The position numbers and the translations under genes were made by a program. Below the pieces are notes generated by a model that ran no database searches, was not told the origin of the DNA, and saw only the letters and a list, made by a program, of their open reading frames with translations. Below are positions 21,022-30,380 of a stretch of DNA of 64,000 bases, piece by piece. Origin of the DNA: Halioglobus sp. Lineage in GTDB: Bacteria; Pseudomonadota; Gammaproteobacteria; Pseudomonadales; Halieaceae. The stretch lies in the NCBI GenBank assembly GCA_047650635.1, contig JBLHNQ010000005.1, positions 18,942-82,941 of the forward strand, read 5' to 3'. Each line of letters opens with the position of its first letter. Position 1 is the stretch's first letter.

Positions 21022-21906
21022 TTAGTGGGCTGCGAGCATGCCCCAGTCGCCGGCGGGGTTGAGTGTAATGTGCACATTGTCTATGAGACGCGTAGAGCCT
21101 AGACGGGCGGCAGCGAGGATAGCAATTTCCTCGGTGTCTTCGGTAACAGCGAGTAGCGTGCAGGCGTCGCGGATGGCGAAATAGTCGGGTTCAAACCCGG
21201 CCTGCAGCAACTTCATTCGCGCATGCGACTCTAGTTGTAAGAAGTTGTCAAAGTCACAGGCAATGGCCTCCCTGCACGTTAACAGGGTCTGGTGAAGAAT
21301 AGGCGCGATATGGCGTTGCTCATTAGATAAAAAACCATTGCGGGAGCTTTTTGCCAGCCCGTCACCGTCTCTTGCGGTGGGGGTTCCTACTACCCTTATA
21401 GGCATGCACAGGTCTCGCACCATTTTTTGGATTATAGACAGCTGTTGAAAGTCTTTTTCGCCAAATACAGCTACGTCGGGTTGCACGATGTTAAACAGTT
21501 TGGACACCACCGTTGTGACCCCGTCGAAGTGCCCGGGCCTGCTGCTCCCACAAAGGGTTTCGGATAAGCCGGGCACCCTGACCAGAGTTTGGGCGGCCAT
21601 GCCCTCGGGGTATATTTCCTCTACACCGGGGGTATACAGAATATCCACACTTTCTTTGAACAGTTTTTCTTTATCGGTGACCAGCGTTCGAGGATAGCTG
21701 TCCAGGTCTTCGCCGGCACCAAACTGCAGGGGGTTGACGAAAATGCTGACAACCACCAGGTCGCACAGGGTGTGGGCTTTGCGCACGAGGTCCAGATGCC
21801 CCTCGTGTAGGTTGCCCATAGTGGGCACGAAGGCTATGGTCTGTCCGCGCTGGCGGGCCTTTCTCAGCGTGTTTTGCAGTGGAGTATTGGTTGAGTATGT
21901 CTGCAT
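21022..21906 (-). CDS. panC: pantoate--beta-alanine ligase
   Basis: PTMGNLHEGHL signature; 294 aa; follows panB. Confidence 0.95.
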   Translation of the reverse strand: MQTYSTNTPLQNTLRKARQRGQTIAFVPTMGNLHEGHLDLVRKAHTLCDLVVVSIFVNPLQFGAGEDLDSYPRTLVTDKEKLFKESVDILYTPGVEEIYPEGMAAQTLVRVPGLSETLCGSSRPGHFDGVTTVVSKLFNIVQPDVAVFGEKDFQQLSIIQKMVRDLCMPIRVVGTPTARDGDGLAKSSRNGFLSNEQRHIAPILHQTLLTCREAIACDFDNFLQLESHARMKLLQAGFEPDYFAIRDACTLLAVTEDTEEIAILAAARLGSTRLIDNVHITLNPAGDWGMLAAH

Positions 21907-21918
21907 AAATACCTGCCG

Positions 21919-22710
21919 CTAACGATAACTGTGCTCGTCGCTAGGATACTCGCCTGATTTCACTGCATCAACGAAGGCCTTGAGCCCACCCTGAATAGTA
22001 TTTTGGCCTTCCATGAAGTTATGTACAAATCTGACGCCGTGACCGGTAAGTCCGAGTAGGTCGTGCATAACCAGCACCTGGGCGTCGGTACCTGCCCCTG
22101 CCCCTATACCAATGACAGGGATGTCCAGCTTGGCGCTGATATTGGCAGCGAGGGATGAGGGGATGCATTCCAGTACCAGCAGGCTGGCGCCGGCATCCTG
22201 AATCTCCACGGCACTGGAAAGTATAGATTTTGCTTCTTTTGGCGTACGACCCTGCACCTTGAAGCCACCGAAGGTGTTTACCGATTGCGGGGTCAGGCCC
22301 AGGTGGGCACAAACGGGTATACCGCGCTCTACCAGATTACTGATGGTTTCACTCAGCCAGGTACCACCCTCCATTTTTACCATTTGAGCGCCGGCTTGCA
22401 TCAATGCGGTGGCATTGTCCATGGCCTGGTCAGCTGTGGCGTAAGTCATAAAGGGCATGTCGGCGATAACCAGTGACTTTGGGTTGCCTCGTAAAACACA
22501 CTCAGTGTGATAGGCCATATCGTCGATGCTTACAGGAATGGTGCTGTCGTGGCCTTGTAAGACCATGCCCAGCGAGTCGCCTACGAGGATTGTTTCGGCC
22601 CCCGCCTCACTGACAAGGCGAGCAAAAGTGGCATCATAGGCGGTTATACAGACAAATTTATCACCTTCGGCCTTCATGTTTTTCAGGGTGCTGAGGGTAA
22701 TCTTGCTCAT
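21919..22710 (-). CDS. panB: 3-methyl-2-oxobutanoate hydroxymethyltransferase
   Basis: [15 protein letters not shown] and [10 protein letters not shown] motifs; 263 aa. Confidence 0.95.
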   Translation of the reverse strand: MSKITLSTLKNMKAEGDKFVCITAYDATFARLVSEAGAETILVGDSLGMVLQGHDSTIPVSIDDMAYHTECVLRGNPKSLVIADMPFMTYATADQAMDNATALMQAGAQMVKMEGGTWLSETISNLVERGIPVCAHLGLTPQSVNTFGGFKVQGRTPKEAKSILSSAVEIQDAGASLLVLECIPSSLAANISAKLDIPVIGIGAGAGTDAQVLVMHDLLGLTGHGVRFVHNFMEGQNTIQGGLKAFVDAVKSGEYPSDEHSYR

Positions 22711-22718
22711 GCGCGAAA

Positions 22719-23399
22719 CTATCCGAAAAACGTTGGGTTAAAGTAATGGCGGCCGCTGCGGATATCAAGCATATAGTCCACCAAGTGTTTGTAATCTGCC
22801 TCGCTGTTGACCAGATCAATCTCACTGGCATTCACTATAAGCAGAGGAGCGCCATCGTAATATAGAAAGAACTCACTGTACACTTCGTTTAAGCGTTCAA
22901 GGTAGTCGCGCGCCATGCCCTGTTCATAGGAGATTCCGCGATTTTCGATGCGCGAAATGAGTACATCGGTGGAAGCCTGCAGATAAATGACCAGATCGGG
23001 GCGTGGTGCATCGATGGTCATCTGCTGGTAGACCTTGTCATAGAGCTGATATTCGTTGCTGTCCAGAGTGATTCTGGCAAATAAGGGGTCTTTTTCAATC
23101 AAAAAATCAGAGACTCGCACCGGCTCAAAAATATCTGCCTGACGCATATCCTGAATTTTTTGGCTGCGCTGGAAGAGGAAGAATAGCTGAGTGGCCAGCG
23201 CTGATTGTTTGCCATTTTTGTAGAAATTCTCCAAAAAGGGGTTGTCCCCGGCATCTTCCAGCAAGGTCTGGTAGTTGAAGCTGGTGGCCAGTTTTTTTGC
23301 CAGAGTGGTTTTGCCCACACCGATGGGACCTTCAATCGCGATAAAAGGTGGCGGGGTTCGCCCTCTCAAATCTACGTTAATGGCAGGATTGTCTGACAT
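22719..23399 (-). CDS. deoxynucleoside kinase family protein
   Basis: P-loop [19 protein letters not shown], dNK-like ERS/RGI segments, 226 aa. Confidence 0.75.
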   Translation of the reverse strand: MSDNPAINVDLRGRTPPPFIAIEGPIGVGKTTLAKKLATSFNYQTLLEDAGDNPFLENFYKNGKQSALATQLFFLFQRSQKIQDMRQADIFEPVRVSDFLIEKDPLFARITLDSNEYQLYDKVYQQMTIDAPRPDLVIYLQASTDVLISRIENRGISYEQGMARDYLERLNEVYSEFFLYYDGAPLLIVNASEIDLVNSEADYKHLVDYMLDIRSGRHYFNPTFFG

Positions 23400-23414
23400 T
23401 GAGGCTGTGGCTCC

Positions 23415-23927
23415 CTACTTGGAATCTGCGACGTCACGCAATGACACGTTTGTTTTTACCAGGTCGCCCCGGGGACATTGTGCTAATAATGACCCAAGAC
23501 CCCCTAGGCTGGGAAGCTCCATTTTCTTATCGGCGATTTCAGCCAGGGGATAGAGAACAAAATTACGCACAGCCATACGCGGGTGAGGTACCTGCAGCGT
23601 CGCGGCATCAATGACTTCGTCTCCGAATAAGAGAATGTCTATGTCCAGAGTGCGAGCTGCCCAACGTTCACCTCTGACACGGCCGCAATTCATTTCGATG
23701 GCCTGCGTTGCGTTGAGTAGTTCCAGAGCCCCCAATGAAGTGGTCAGCTTAAGTACGGCGTTGAGGTAGTCGGCTTGCTTGCCAGGACCAACCGCTGCGC
23801 TGCTATAGGCACTGGAGACGGCGTCTATACGGCAGTGGGGGAGGGCTGCAATTTCCATTAATGCTGCGCGAAGTTGGCTGGGCGGGTCGTTGAGATTGCT
23901 GCCCAGAGCGAGATAGGCTGGTGTCAT
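23415..23927 (-). CDS. folK: 2-amino-4-hydroxy-6-hydroxymethyldihydropteridine diphosphokinase
   Basis: AYLALGSNL...RTLDIDILLFG...HPR motifs; 4-nt overlap with pcnB. Confidence 0.92.
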   Translation of the reverse strand: MTPAYLALGSNLNDPPSQLRAALMEIAALPHCRIDAVSSAYSSAAVGPGKQADYLNAVLKLTTSLGALELLNATQAIEMNCGRVRGERWAARTLDIDILLFGDEVIDAATLQVPHPRMAVRNFVLYPLAEIADKKMELPSLGGLGSLLAQCPRGDLVKTNVSLRDVADSK

Positions 23928-25183
23928 GTCTGTTTTGGCTTACGCACCCGCCCGTTTGGCTGCGCCTGACTCAGACGCTCTTCGAAAGGCAGAGTTTGAA
24001 AATGAGTCCACCAATCACCAAGTCCATGAGTTTCCTCGCCGGCCTGTTCGCGAAGTAGCAGGAAGTCGTAGGCGGCACGAAAGCGACGATGGTCAACAAG
24101 TTCTGCGGCTTTGCGGCCCTGTTTGCGTTGCAGGCGTAGCTGGAATTCCCATATTTCGCGCATGGGCTGACTGAATCGCTTGGGGATCGAAATTCTTTGA
24201 ACAGCTTGTGAGACAGCCTGCTGTCCGCTTTTGTGCATGGCGACCATAGGCGGATCTCCACGTTCCTGCATCTTACTGGACAGTGATGACACAACCGGCC
24301 AGAGTATGGCTGCCAGAATAAAAGCTGGCGTCACATGCTTGCCCTCGCTAATTCGCTTGTCGGTGTTTGCCATGGCGGCTTGTAGCAGCACGCGGTTCTC
24401 GGGTTTGTCGTCCAGGTGACGGCAGGTATCGGGAAACAGGCTCTGTAGCAGGCCGTATTTCAGTAGCATGTCCAGGGTACTCTCGGCGTAACCTGCGAGA
24501 AACAGTTTAAGAAATTCATCGAACAAGCGTGCGGCGGGAATATCGTGTAACAGGGTGGCGCACTGTGGAATCGCCGCCGCTGTAGTGGGTTCAATATCAA
24601 ATTTTAATTTAGCAGCAAAACGCAAAACTCGCAGCATTCTGACCGGGTCTTCGCTGAAGCGCACTGCGGGATCGCCAATAATGCGAATGTTGCGTGCTTG
24701 CAGGTCCTGCAGGCCACCAACTTGGTCAAACACTTCAAAATTTCCCGAATCGTAATATAGAGCGTTGACAGTCAGGTCCCGGCGCACTGCGTCTTCTTCA
24801 AGGGTGCCGTAAACATTGTCTCTTAACAACAGGCCACTTTCGGCTTGATGTGAATGCGAGCCTGCTTTGCCTTTATCGCCGCTGTCGTGGTGTCCTCTAA
24901 ATGTGGTGACTTCTATGATCTCTCGGCCAAAGCGCACATGCACGATGCGAAAACGTCTGCCTATGATTCGGGAGTTACGAAACAGCTCATGTACCGCCTC
25001 AGGTGTCGCATCGGTTGCAATATCGAAGTCTTTTGGGTGGTTGCCCAACATCAGGTCGCGAACGGCCCCGCCAACGAGGTAGCTCTGATAGCCACTGCTG
25101 CGTAACCGCGACATGACTTTCAATGCACCGTCGCTAATATTTTTGCGGGAAATACAGTGCTGATCGCGTGGGATTACCTTCAA
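23924..25183 (-). CDS. pcnB: poly(A) polymerase I
   Basis: VIPRDQHCISRKNIS..ALKVM..LVGGAVRDLMLG..PKDFD aligns with E. coli PcnB. The conserved N-terminus forces a non-ATG (TTG) start at 25183; E. coli pcnB is also known to use a non-canonical start. Confidence 0.93.
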   Translation of the reverse strand: MKVIPRDQHCISRKNISDGALKVMSRLRSSGYQSYLVGGAVRDLMLGNHPKDFDIATDATPEAVHELFRNSRIIGRRFRIVHVRFGREIIEVTTFRGHHDSGDKGKAGSHSHQAESGLLLRDNVYGTLEEDAVRRDLTVNALYYDSGNFEVFDQVGGLQDLQARNIRIIGDPAVRFSEDPVRMLRVLRFAAKLKFDIEPTTAAAIPQCATLLHDIPAARLFDEFLKLFLAGYAESTLDMLLKYGLLQSLFPDTCRHLDDKPENRVLLQAAMANTDKRISEGKHVTPAFILAAILWPVVSSLSSKMQERGDPPMVAMHKSGQQAVSQAVQRISIPKRFSQPMREIWEFQLRLQRKQGRKAAELVDHRRFRAAYDFLLLREQAGEETHGLGDWWTHFQTLPFEERLSQAQPNGRVRKPKQT

Positions 25184-25274
25184 GCCGAGCCTGCCTATGG
25201 GGTAGATTTAAGAGCGATGAAGCTTATCACAGAAGTTCTGCTAAAGCCTGAAAGGGTGAGGGCACAAGATAGGT

Positions 25275-25457
25275 AATGGGGAGAACAGTGCTCCCCCAAT
25301 TCAGCCTTTACGGTCTATTAGTTTTATTGTTAGCGTTTGTTGTTTTTATACTTATACAAGAGCTGGAAATCGAGGGGGAAAGCTTCTTCCCCATCCAGGT
25401 CCGTTATCGGAGTTATTATTTTTATTACGGCGGAACTTATTATTATTTTTGCTGCCG
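25275..25457 (-). ncRNA. crcZ: candidate CrcZ-like sRNA (Hfq/Crc-titrating, CbrB/sigma-54 dependent); ends approximate
   Basis: Lies downstream of a near-consensus -24/-12 promoter. Four exact AAnAAnAA motifs on the minus strand (about 25450-25437, 25428-25412, 25349-25334, 25331-25316). Internal hairpin GGGGAA/TTCCCC and 3' hairpin GGGGAG-cactgtt-CTCCCC (25297-25278). Same cbrB-pcnB position as crcZ in Pseudomonas. Confidence 0.6.
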
Positions 25458-25467
25458 CTGGATATAA

Positions 25468-25483
25468 AGCAGATAACGTGCCA
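25468..25483 (-). promoter_or_regulatory. sigma-54 (-24/-12) promoter
   Basis: Minus strand reads TGGCAC-GTTAT-CTGCT versus consensus TGGCAC-N5-TTGCW, one mismatch. Confidence 0.75.
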
Positions 25484-25558
25484 GAAAATATAATTATAAT
25501 ATAAATCAGTAGGTTACATTATATTGACACCATGAGGAGGCAGTAATGTAGAGCCCTG

Positions 25559-25588
25559 TGTTACCGATATACTCTCTATTATGTAACA
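25559..25588. promoter_or_regulatory. enhancer-like palindrome TGTTAC-N18-GTAACA (candidate CbrB binding site)
   Basis: Perfect hexamer inverted repeat 76-105 bp upstream of the -24 element, with an AT-rich (bendable) tract between. The half-sites equal those of the CbrB palindrome reported in P. aeruginosa (TGTTAC-N14-GTAACA), but the spacer here is 18. Confidence 0.6.
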
Positions 25589-25594
25589 GCCTGA

Positions 25595-27025
25595 TCAGGC
25601 GGTAACGCTACTGGCGTTGCCATCGCCGCTGGTAGTGGTGTTATTTTTACGTCTTGGTATGCCAAATCGTTGCCTGCGTTCCCATAGGCATTTGCGGCTC
25701 ACGCCCAGTTTTTGGGCGAGTTTGGTCTCACTCATTGTGTCCTGGTGCTCAAGAACAAAACGCTGGAAATAATCTTCTAAAGAGAGGTCTTCATGGGGCT
25801 CGGTGGAGGGTGGCCTGTTGCCATTTGCCGGGCTTCGAATACGGCTCTCACTGCAAAGCTCGAGATCTATACCCAACGCATCGTTGTCAATTTCATCTCC
25901 ATCGCTGAGGATCACCGCTCGCTCGATGGCATGCTGTAGTTCGCGCACGTTGCCCGGCCACTGATAGGTGGTTATGGCCTGTATGGCCAGTGGGGAGAGG
26001 TGTTTTGTGTTTTTATTTAGTGCTGCAGTGTGGTGGGCCAAGAGCCATTCGGCGAGGTGCAGTATATCTTTGCCTCGCGCGCGCAGGGGAGGCAGTGAAA
26101 GGCGTAAGACGTTGATGCGATAAAATAAATCTTGTCGAAATTGGCTTTCGGCCGCTAGTGTTTGCAGGTCGCGATGGGTCGCGCAGATAAGTCTGACATC
26201 TACCTTGCGCGAGTGAACCGAACCAATGCGGCGAATTTCCCCCTCCTGTATAAACCGCAGTAGCCGCGCCTGTGCCTCCATGGGTAACTCGCCAATTTCA
26301 TCGAGAAATAAAGTGCCTCCGTCGGCCGCTTCAATAAGGCCCATGCGACTGGCATTAGCGCCAGTGAACGCACCCTTTTCATAACCGAACAGCTCCGACT
26401 CAATAAGCGTGTCTGGAATTGCCGCACAATTTATCGAAATCAGCGTGTTAGCAGAGCGCCGGCTGTGCTCGTGCACACTTTTTGCCACCAATTCTTTACC
26501 CGTACCTGTTTCGCCCAGAACCAGCACTGTAGCATCGGTGGGGGCGATTTTTTCGATGTGGCCAAAAAGGGACAACATGGCTGGGCAATTACCTATAATA
26601 CCTACTGCCTTGCCCGATTTATTCTCTTTTCCTGATTTGCCCAGAGCTTGCTCGCGGGACGATTGTTCGGTGGGGTGGTCGGTAATAATGCGTTGCACGG
26701 CTCGAATCAAATCGCTGTGGTCAAAGGGTTTGGCAATATAGTCGACCGCCCCCATACGCATGGAATCGACTGCAGAGCGCAGGCTGGCATAGCTGGTCAT
26801 GATTAAAACCGGGACGTCGCCCGCTTTGCGGATTAGGTCTGTGCCCGGGGCGCCGGGAAGGCGCAGGTCGCTAATGATGAGATGAAAGCGTGTCAGCACG
26901 TGTCTGGACTCTGCCTCTTGCACCGAGCCTGCTTCTTCTACCAGATAGTTGTTACGTTCGAGCAAGCGACGCAGTGCCGATCGGATAACCGATTCATCTT
27001 CGACAATGAGAATCTTCTGCATCAA
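25595..27025 (-). CDS. cbrB: sigma-54-dependent response regulator (NtrC family), CbrB
   Basis: REC domain, AAA+ Walker [15 protein letters not shown] motif ([15 protein letters not shown]), C-terminal HTH. Lies downstream of an SSS-domain histidine kinase. Confidence 0.88.
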   Translation of the reverse strand: MMQKILIVEDESVIRSALRRLLERNNYLVEEAGSVQEAESRHVLTRFHLIISDLRLPGAPGTDLIRKAGDVPVLIMTSYASLRSAVDSMRMGAVDYIAKPFDHSDLIRAVQRIITDHPTEQSSREQALGKSGKENKSGKAVGIIGNCPAMLSLFGHIEKIAPTDATVLVLGETGTGKELVAKSVHEHSRRSANTLISINCAAIPDTLIESELFGYEKGAFTGANASRMGLIEAADGGTLFLDEIGELPMEAQARLLRFIQEGEIRRIGSVHSRKVDVRLICATHRDLQTLAAESQFRQDLFYRINVLRLSLPPLRARGKDILHLAEWLLAHHTAALNKNTKHLSPLAIQAITTYQWPGNVRELQHAIERAVILSDGDEIDNDALGIDLELCSESRIRSPANGNRPPSTEPHEDLSLEDYFQRFVLEHQDTMSETKLAQKLGVSRKCLWERRQRFGIPRRKNNTTTSGDGNASSVTA

Positions 27026-27133
27026 TTGTTACCTTTTGTGTATATTCGACACAACATACTCCTTCACGAGCCAAGATTCCAGTATGCGATAGTGTCAACG
27101 CTGTCACGGTTGTCGAGGGGTTGAGCCGATGGC

Positions 27134-30100
27134 CTAGACCAGAAATGCCGCAGTGTAAGTGCTGCTGGGCAATTGCAGGCTAACCCGGGTTCCAGGAAAT
27201 TCACCTTCGCTAAGCGGGCTTTTTAAATGAACGCTGCCGTTCATGTCTTCCATTATGCTGTAGACCAAGGCCAGCCCAAGTCCGGTGCCTTCTCCGGGAT
27301 CTTTTGTGGTGAAGAAGGGTTCGAATACCTGGGTCAGGAGGTGCGGTGGCACGCCACAGCCATTGTCTTCAATGTCGGTGGTAATCAGGTCTCCATCGCG
27401 ACTTGCAACAATTGAAACATGTCCTTCATCCTGACAGGCATGCCGTGCATTGCCCAGTAAGTTGATAAACACTTGTAGTAATCGTTGGCTGTCTGCAAGT
27501 ACCACGAGCTCTCTGTCACAATGGTTGTTAAACCTTACCGGCTTGGCCTGATGGTCCAGTTGCAGCAAGTTAATGGCTTCATCAACACAGTCCGCAAGAT
27601 TTGAGGGGCTCAGCCTGGTTTCGCCTGATTTGGAGCCTGTGTGTGAGAAGTTGACGAGTGATTCCACGATACGACTGACACGGTCGGTTTGAGCGAGGAT
27701 GTCGTGGGCCATGTGGCGAATTTCGGCGGGCTCAGTTTCATACTCCAGATTTTGAGCTAAACAGGCAATGCCGGTGACCGGGTTGCCGATTTCGTGGGCG
27801 ACACCAGCCGCGAGACGGCCGATAGATGCCAGTCTTTCGCTGTGTATTAATTCTTCTTCCAGCAATTCCGAATGACTAATGTCTTCTACCAGAATAACGC
27901 GATCTTCGTTGTATTCGGTATCGGAACCAGAGTCCCTGTTGGCGCTCGCAGCGATGGCGGCACGGTGAAGACTGACCCACAACCCTCGCTTTTTGTCATC
28001 GGAGTTACTCAGGCCTACCTGATGCTTCATTACTGAGTCTGCTTCACCTGCTGCGAAATTGGTAAGAATGTCGCACCAGGGCTGAGGGAGTGAGTCGAGA
28101 AGTGAGCCAAGCACCGCCTGGGAGGAAATCCCCGTAATGTTTTCCATGGCGCGGTTCCACATTAGCAGCTCGCCATAGCTGCCCAGAGAGCACACCCCTA
28201 TGGGCAGTTTATTCAAGGTCTGTCGATAGTGTCGGCGCAGGTTATCGAGATCGGCAGCCATTCCGGTAAATTGCATCTGCGCCCGGTCCAAATTTCGTTC
28301 AATCAAATTGATGTCTTCGGTGCCCTCATACAGTTCAGGGCGAAAGGGGATGCAGCGGGTGAGTATGCTGTGGGCCACCGCGGGGCCGAGCAGCCCGGAC
28401 AAATTGGCTTCAATGCGATTGCGCAAGCGGCGCAGTGCATAAGGTCTGGATTCATCAGAATTAAACTGCAGATCAGCCAACGCCCGGCGGATTTCGTCGT
28501 TAGCAGCTTTTTCGCCCAGCGCGTTAGCCAGCTGCTCGGCAAATTCGCTGGGGCTGTGTAGTGACAGCAATTGTCGGGTAGGCCGATTGAGGTCATCCAT
28601 TGAGCAAATGTCTGCCGCGATCACTTCCTCTGCATGCGCTGGTGTAAGAAGTGAAACCACTGCAAATAAAACCGTATTGATTGCCAGAGACACCATCGTT
28701 GCAGCGGTCCAGATACTCTCGATGTCACCCATCCATGTGGGATAGAAATAGTCGAGAAAATTTGGTTCAAAGTTGCTGAATACAGGCAGCAGCATACTGA
28801 GAAACCATACTGTCAGACCCGCGCCAAGGCCGGTTAACAGCCCTTTTCGGTTGGCTGCAGGCCAGTACAGCGTGGCTACAACGCCTGGGAGAAATTGCAA
28901 TGTGCCTATAAAGGCCACCAGGGCGAGTTGACTTAGGCTCTCCTTGCCACTAATCACAAGATGGAATACATAGCCGCCTAGAATCAGTAAGGTAATAAAT
29001 GAGCGGCGCATCCATTTCAGCTGCGTGTACAGGTTTTTGGTGGGGTCAATTTGTAAGTTATGCAGCGGCAGAACCAAATGGTTTACACACATGTTGGCCA
29101 GTGCCAGAGTCGTAACGATGATGGTGGCGCTCGCGGCGGACAACCCGGCCACAAATGCCGCCACACTCACGTGGGTTGACTCCAGGATGAGGCCGATGGC
29201 AAGCCCGGTGTATTCCAACGGCAGCGATTGTTCCAGTTTTATTCCCGCCCAGGTCACGGGCAAAATTGGCAGGCTCAGCAGCATCAGGTATAGGGGGAGC
29301 CCCCACGCCGAGGTGTGCAGGTCACGGCTGTCGGTATTTTCTGCGAAGGTCATGTGAAAGATGTGCGGCATGCAGACGGCGCCGGCAAAAAAGATCAGTA
29401 GCAGGCTGCGGGCTGTGTCGCCGCGCATGGGCCTGTCCAGGATATTATGGATGGCGGGTCTTTGTGCCAGCCAATCCTCCAACCCGCTAAAGCCACCGAA
29501 AACACCGTATATTGAGGCAAAAAATAAAATAAACAGCGCGGCCAGTTTTACCAATGATTCGAAAGCGATCGCCGTGACCAGGCCGGTATTGCGATATTGG
29601 GATGAGACATGGCGTGTGCCAAAAAGGATGGAGAACACAATGATGATGATACAAAAAAGTAGAGCCAGACCATCCTGACGTTGACCTGTAGATTCGCCAA
29701 AATTTGTGCCTCCAGCCAGAATATTGATGCTGTTGGCAACAACCTGAATTTGCAGGGCGAGTAGAGGCAGCAGAGTGAGGCACATGGCAATGGTGATTGC
29801 CGCCCCTACTCGTTGGCTGCGAAATCGAAAAGTGAGAACATCCGCCAGTGAGCTCAGCTGGTAGATTCGGCAAAGCCTTAGCAGTGGCATGAGCAGCACG
29901 GTTGCCATCACAAACATCATCACCGCACCCAGATAGTAAAGGAGAAAGCTATAACCATAGTTGTAGGCAAGCGCTATTGTGCCATTAGTGGCCATTGCAC
30001 CAGCGAAGACACCAAGAGACAGTACGTACACAGCGGGGTGGTGGGTTATCTTTTTGGGGATGGTGCCGCGGTCTGCAAGATAGGCGACACCGAATAACAC

Positions 30101-30151
30101 CGTGAGGTAGGCCACGATAAACAGTACGATTTGGGTCAGGCTATAACTCAT
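27134..30151 (-). CDS. cbrA: sensor histidine kinase with N-terminal SLC5/SSS transporter-like domain, CbrA
   Basis: About 500 aa polytopic SSS-like N-terminus, a PAS-like segment, H-box AAGVAHEIGNPVTGI and an HATPase (DNGCGV..GTGLGL). Start set to the ATG at 30151 (MSYSLTQIV), which overlaps the stop of the upstream small ORF. Confidence 0.88.
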   Translation of the reverse strand: MSYSLTQIVLFIVAYLTVLFGVAYLADRGTIPKKITHHPAVYVLSLGVFAGAMATNGTIALAYNYGYSFLLYYLGAVMMFVMATVLLMPLLRLCRIYQLSSLADVLTFRFRSQRVGAAITIAMCLTLLPLLALQIQVVANSINILAGGTNFGESTGQRQDGLALLFCIIIIVFSILFGTRHVSSQYRNTGLVTAIAFESLVKLAALFILFFASIYGVFGGFSGLEDWLAQRPAIHNILDRPMRGDTARSLLLIFFAGAVCMPHIFHMTFAENTDSRDLHTSAWGLPLYLMLLSLPILPVTWAGIKLEQSLPLEYTGLAIGLILESTHVSVAAFVAGLSAASATIIVTTLALANMCVNHLVLPLHNLQIDPTKNLYTQLKWMRRSFITLLILGGYVFHLVISGKESLSQLALVAFIGTLQFLPGVVATLYWPAANRKGLLTGLGAGLTVWFLSMLLPVFSNFEPNFLDYFYPTWMGDIESIWTAATMVSLAINTVLFAVVSLLTPAHAEEVIAADICSMDDLNRPTRQLLSLHSPSEFAEQLANALGEKAANDEIRRALADLQFNSDESRPYALRRLRNRIEANLSGLLGPAVAHSILTRCIPFRPELYEGTEDINLIERNLDRAQMQFTGMAADLDNLRRHYRQTLNKLPIGVCSLGSYGELLMWNRAMENITGISSQAVLGSLLDSLPQPWCDILTNFAAGEADSVMKHQVGLSNSDDKKRGLWVSLHRAAIAASANRDSGSDTEYNEDRVILVEDISHSELLEEELIHSERLASIGRLAAGVAHEIGNPVTGIACLAQNLEYETEPAEIRHMAHDILAQTDRVSRIVESLVNFSHTGSKSGETRLSPSNLADCVDEAINLLQLDHQAKPVRFNNHCDRELVVLADSQRLLQVFINLLGNARHACQDEGHVSIVASRDGDLITTDIEDNGCGVPPHLLTQVFEPFFTTKDPGEGTGLGLALVYSIMEDMNGSVHLKSPLSEGEFPGTRVSLQLPSSTYTAAFLV

Positions 30152-30317
30152 CGGAAGGCCTGGAGCGCTGGTTCCAATAGGCGGCAATAATGATTAAAAG
30201 CCATACCTGATAGGGGCGATACCATTGTGATCCACTGTGGCTGATCCACTGTTCTATCATGGGGAATAAAATAAAAGTGATGCCCACAATCAGTAGCAGC
30301 GCGCGATTAATATACAT
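30141..30317 (-). CDS. cbrX: small membrane protein, cbrX-like (58 codons; below the ORF-track cutoff)
   Basis: Hand translation: MYINRALLLIVGITFILFPMIEQWISHSGSQWYRPYQVWLLIIIAAYWNQRSRPSDEL*. It has two hydrophobic segments, and its stop overlaps the cbrA start (GATGAGTTATAG). Confidence 0.6.
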   Translation of the reverse strand: MYINRALLLIVGITFILFPMIEQWISHSGSQWYRPYQVWLLIIIAAYWNQRSRPSDEL

Positions 30318-30380
30318 GCAGAACTGGCCCCTTCGATAAGTGGCATCTGATACTACTGAAGGCAGTACCTATGGTAAAGC

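Noticed and set aside
25276-25467. 63-aa plus-strand ORF (Tyr/Phe-rich: ...YRSYYFYYGGTYYYFCCRWI) in the cbrB-pcnB gap
   Set aside because: Its odd composition is the antisense translation of the A-rich AAnAAnAA motifs. There is no RBS, and it lies opposite a strong sigma-54 promoter. It is better explained as the complement of an sRNA.
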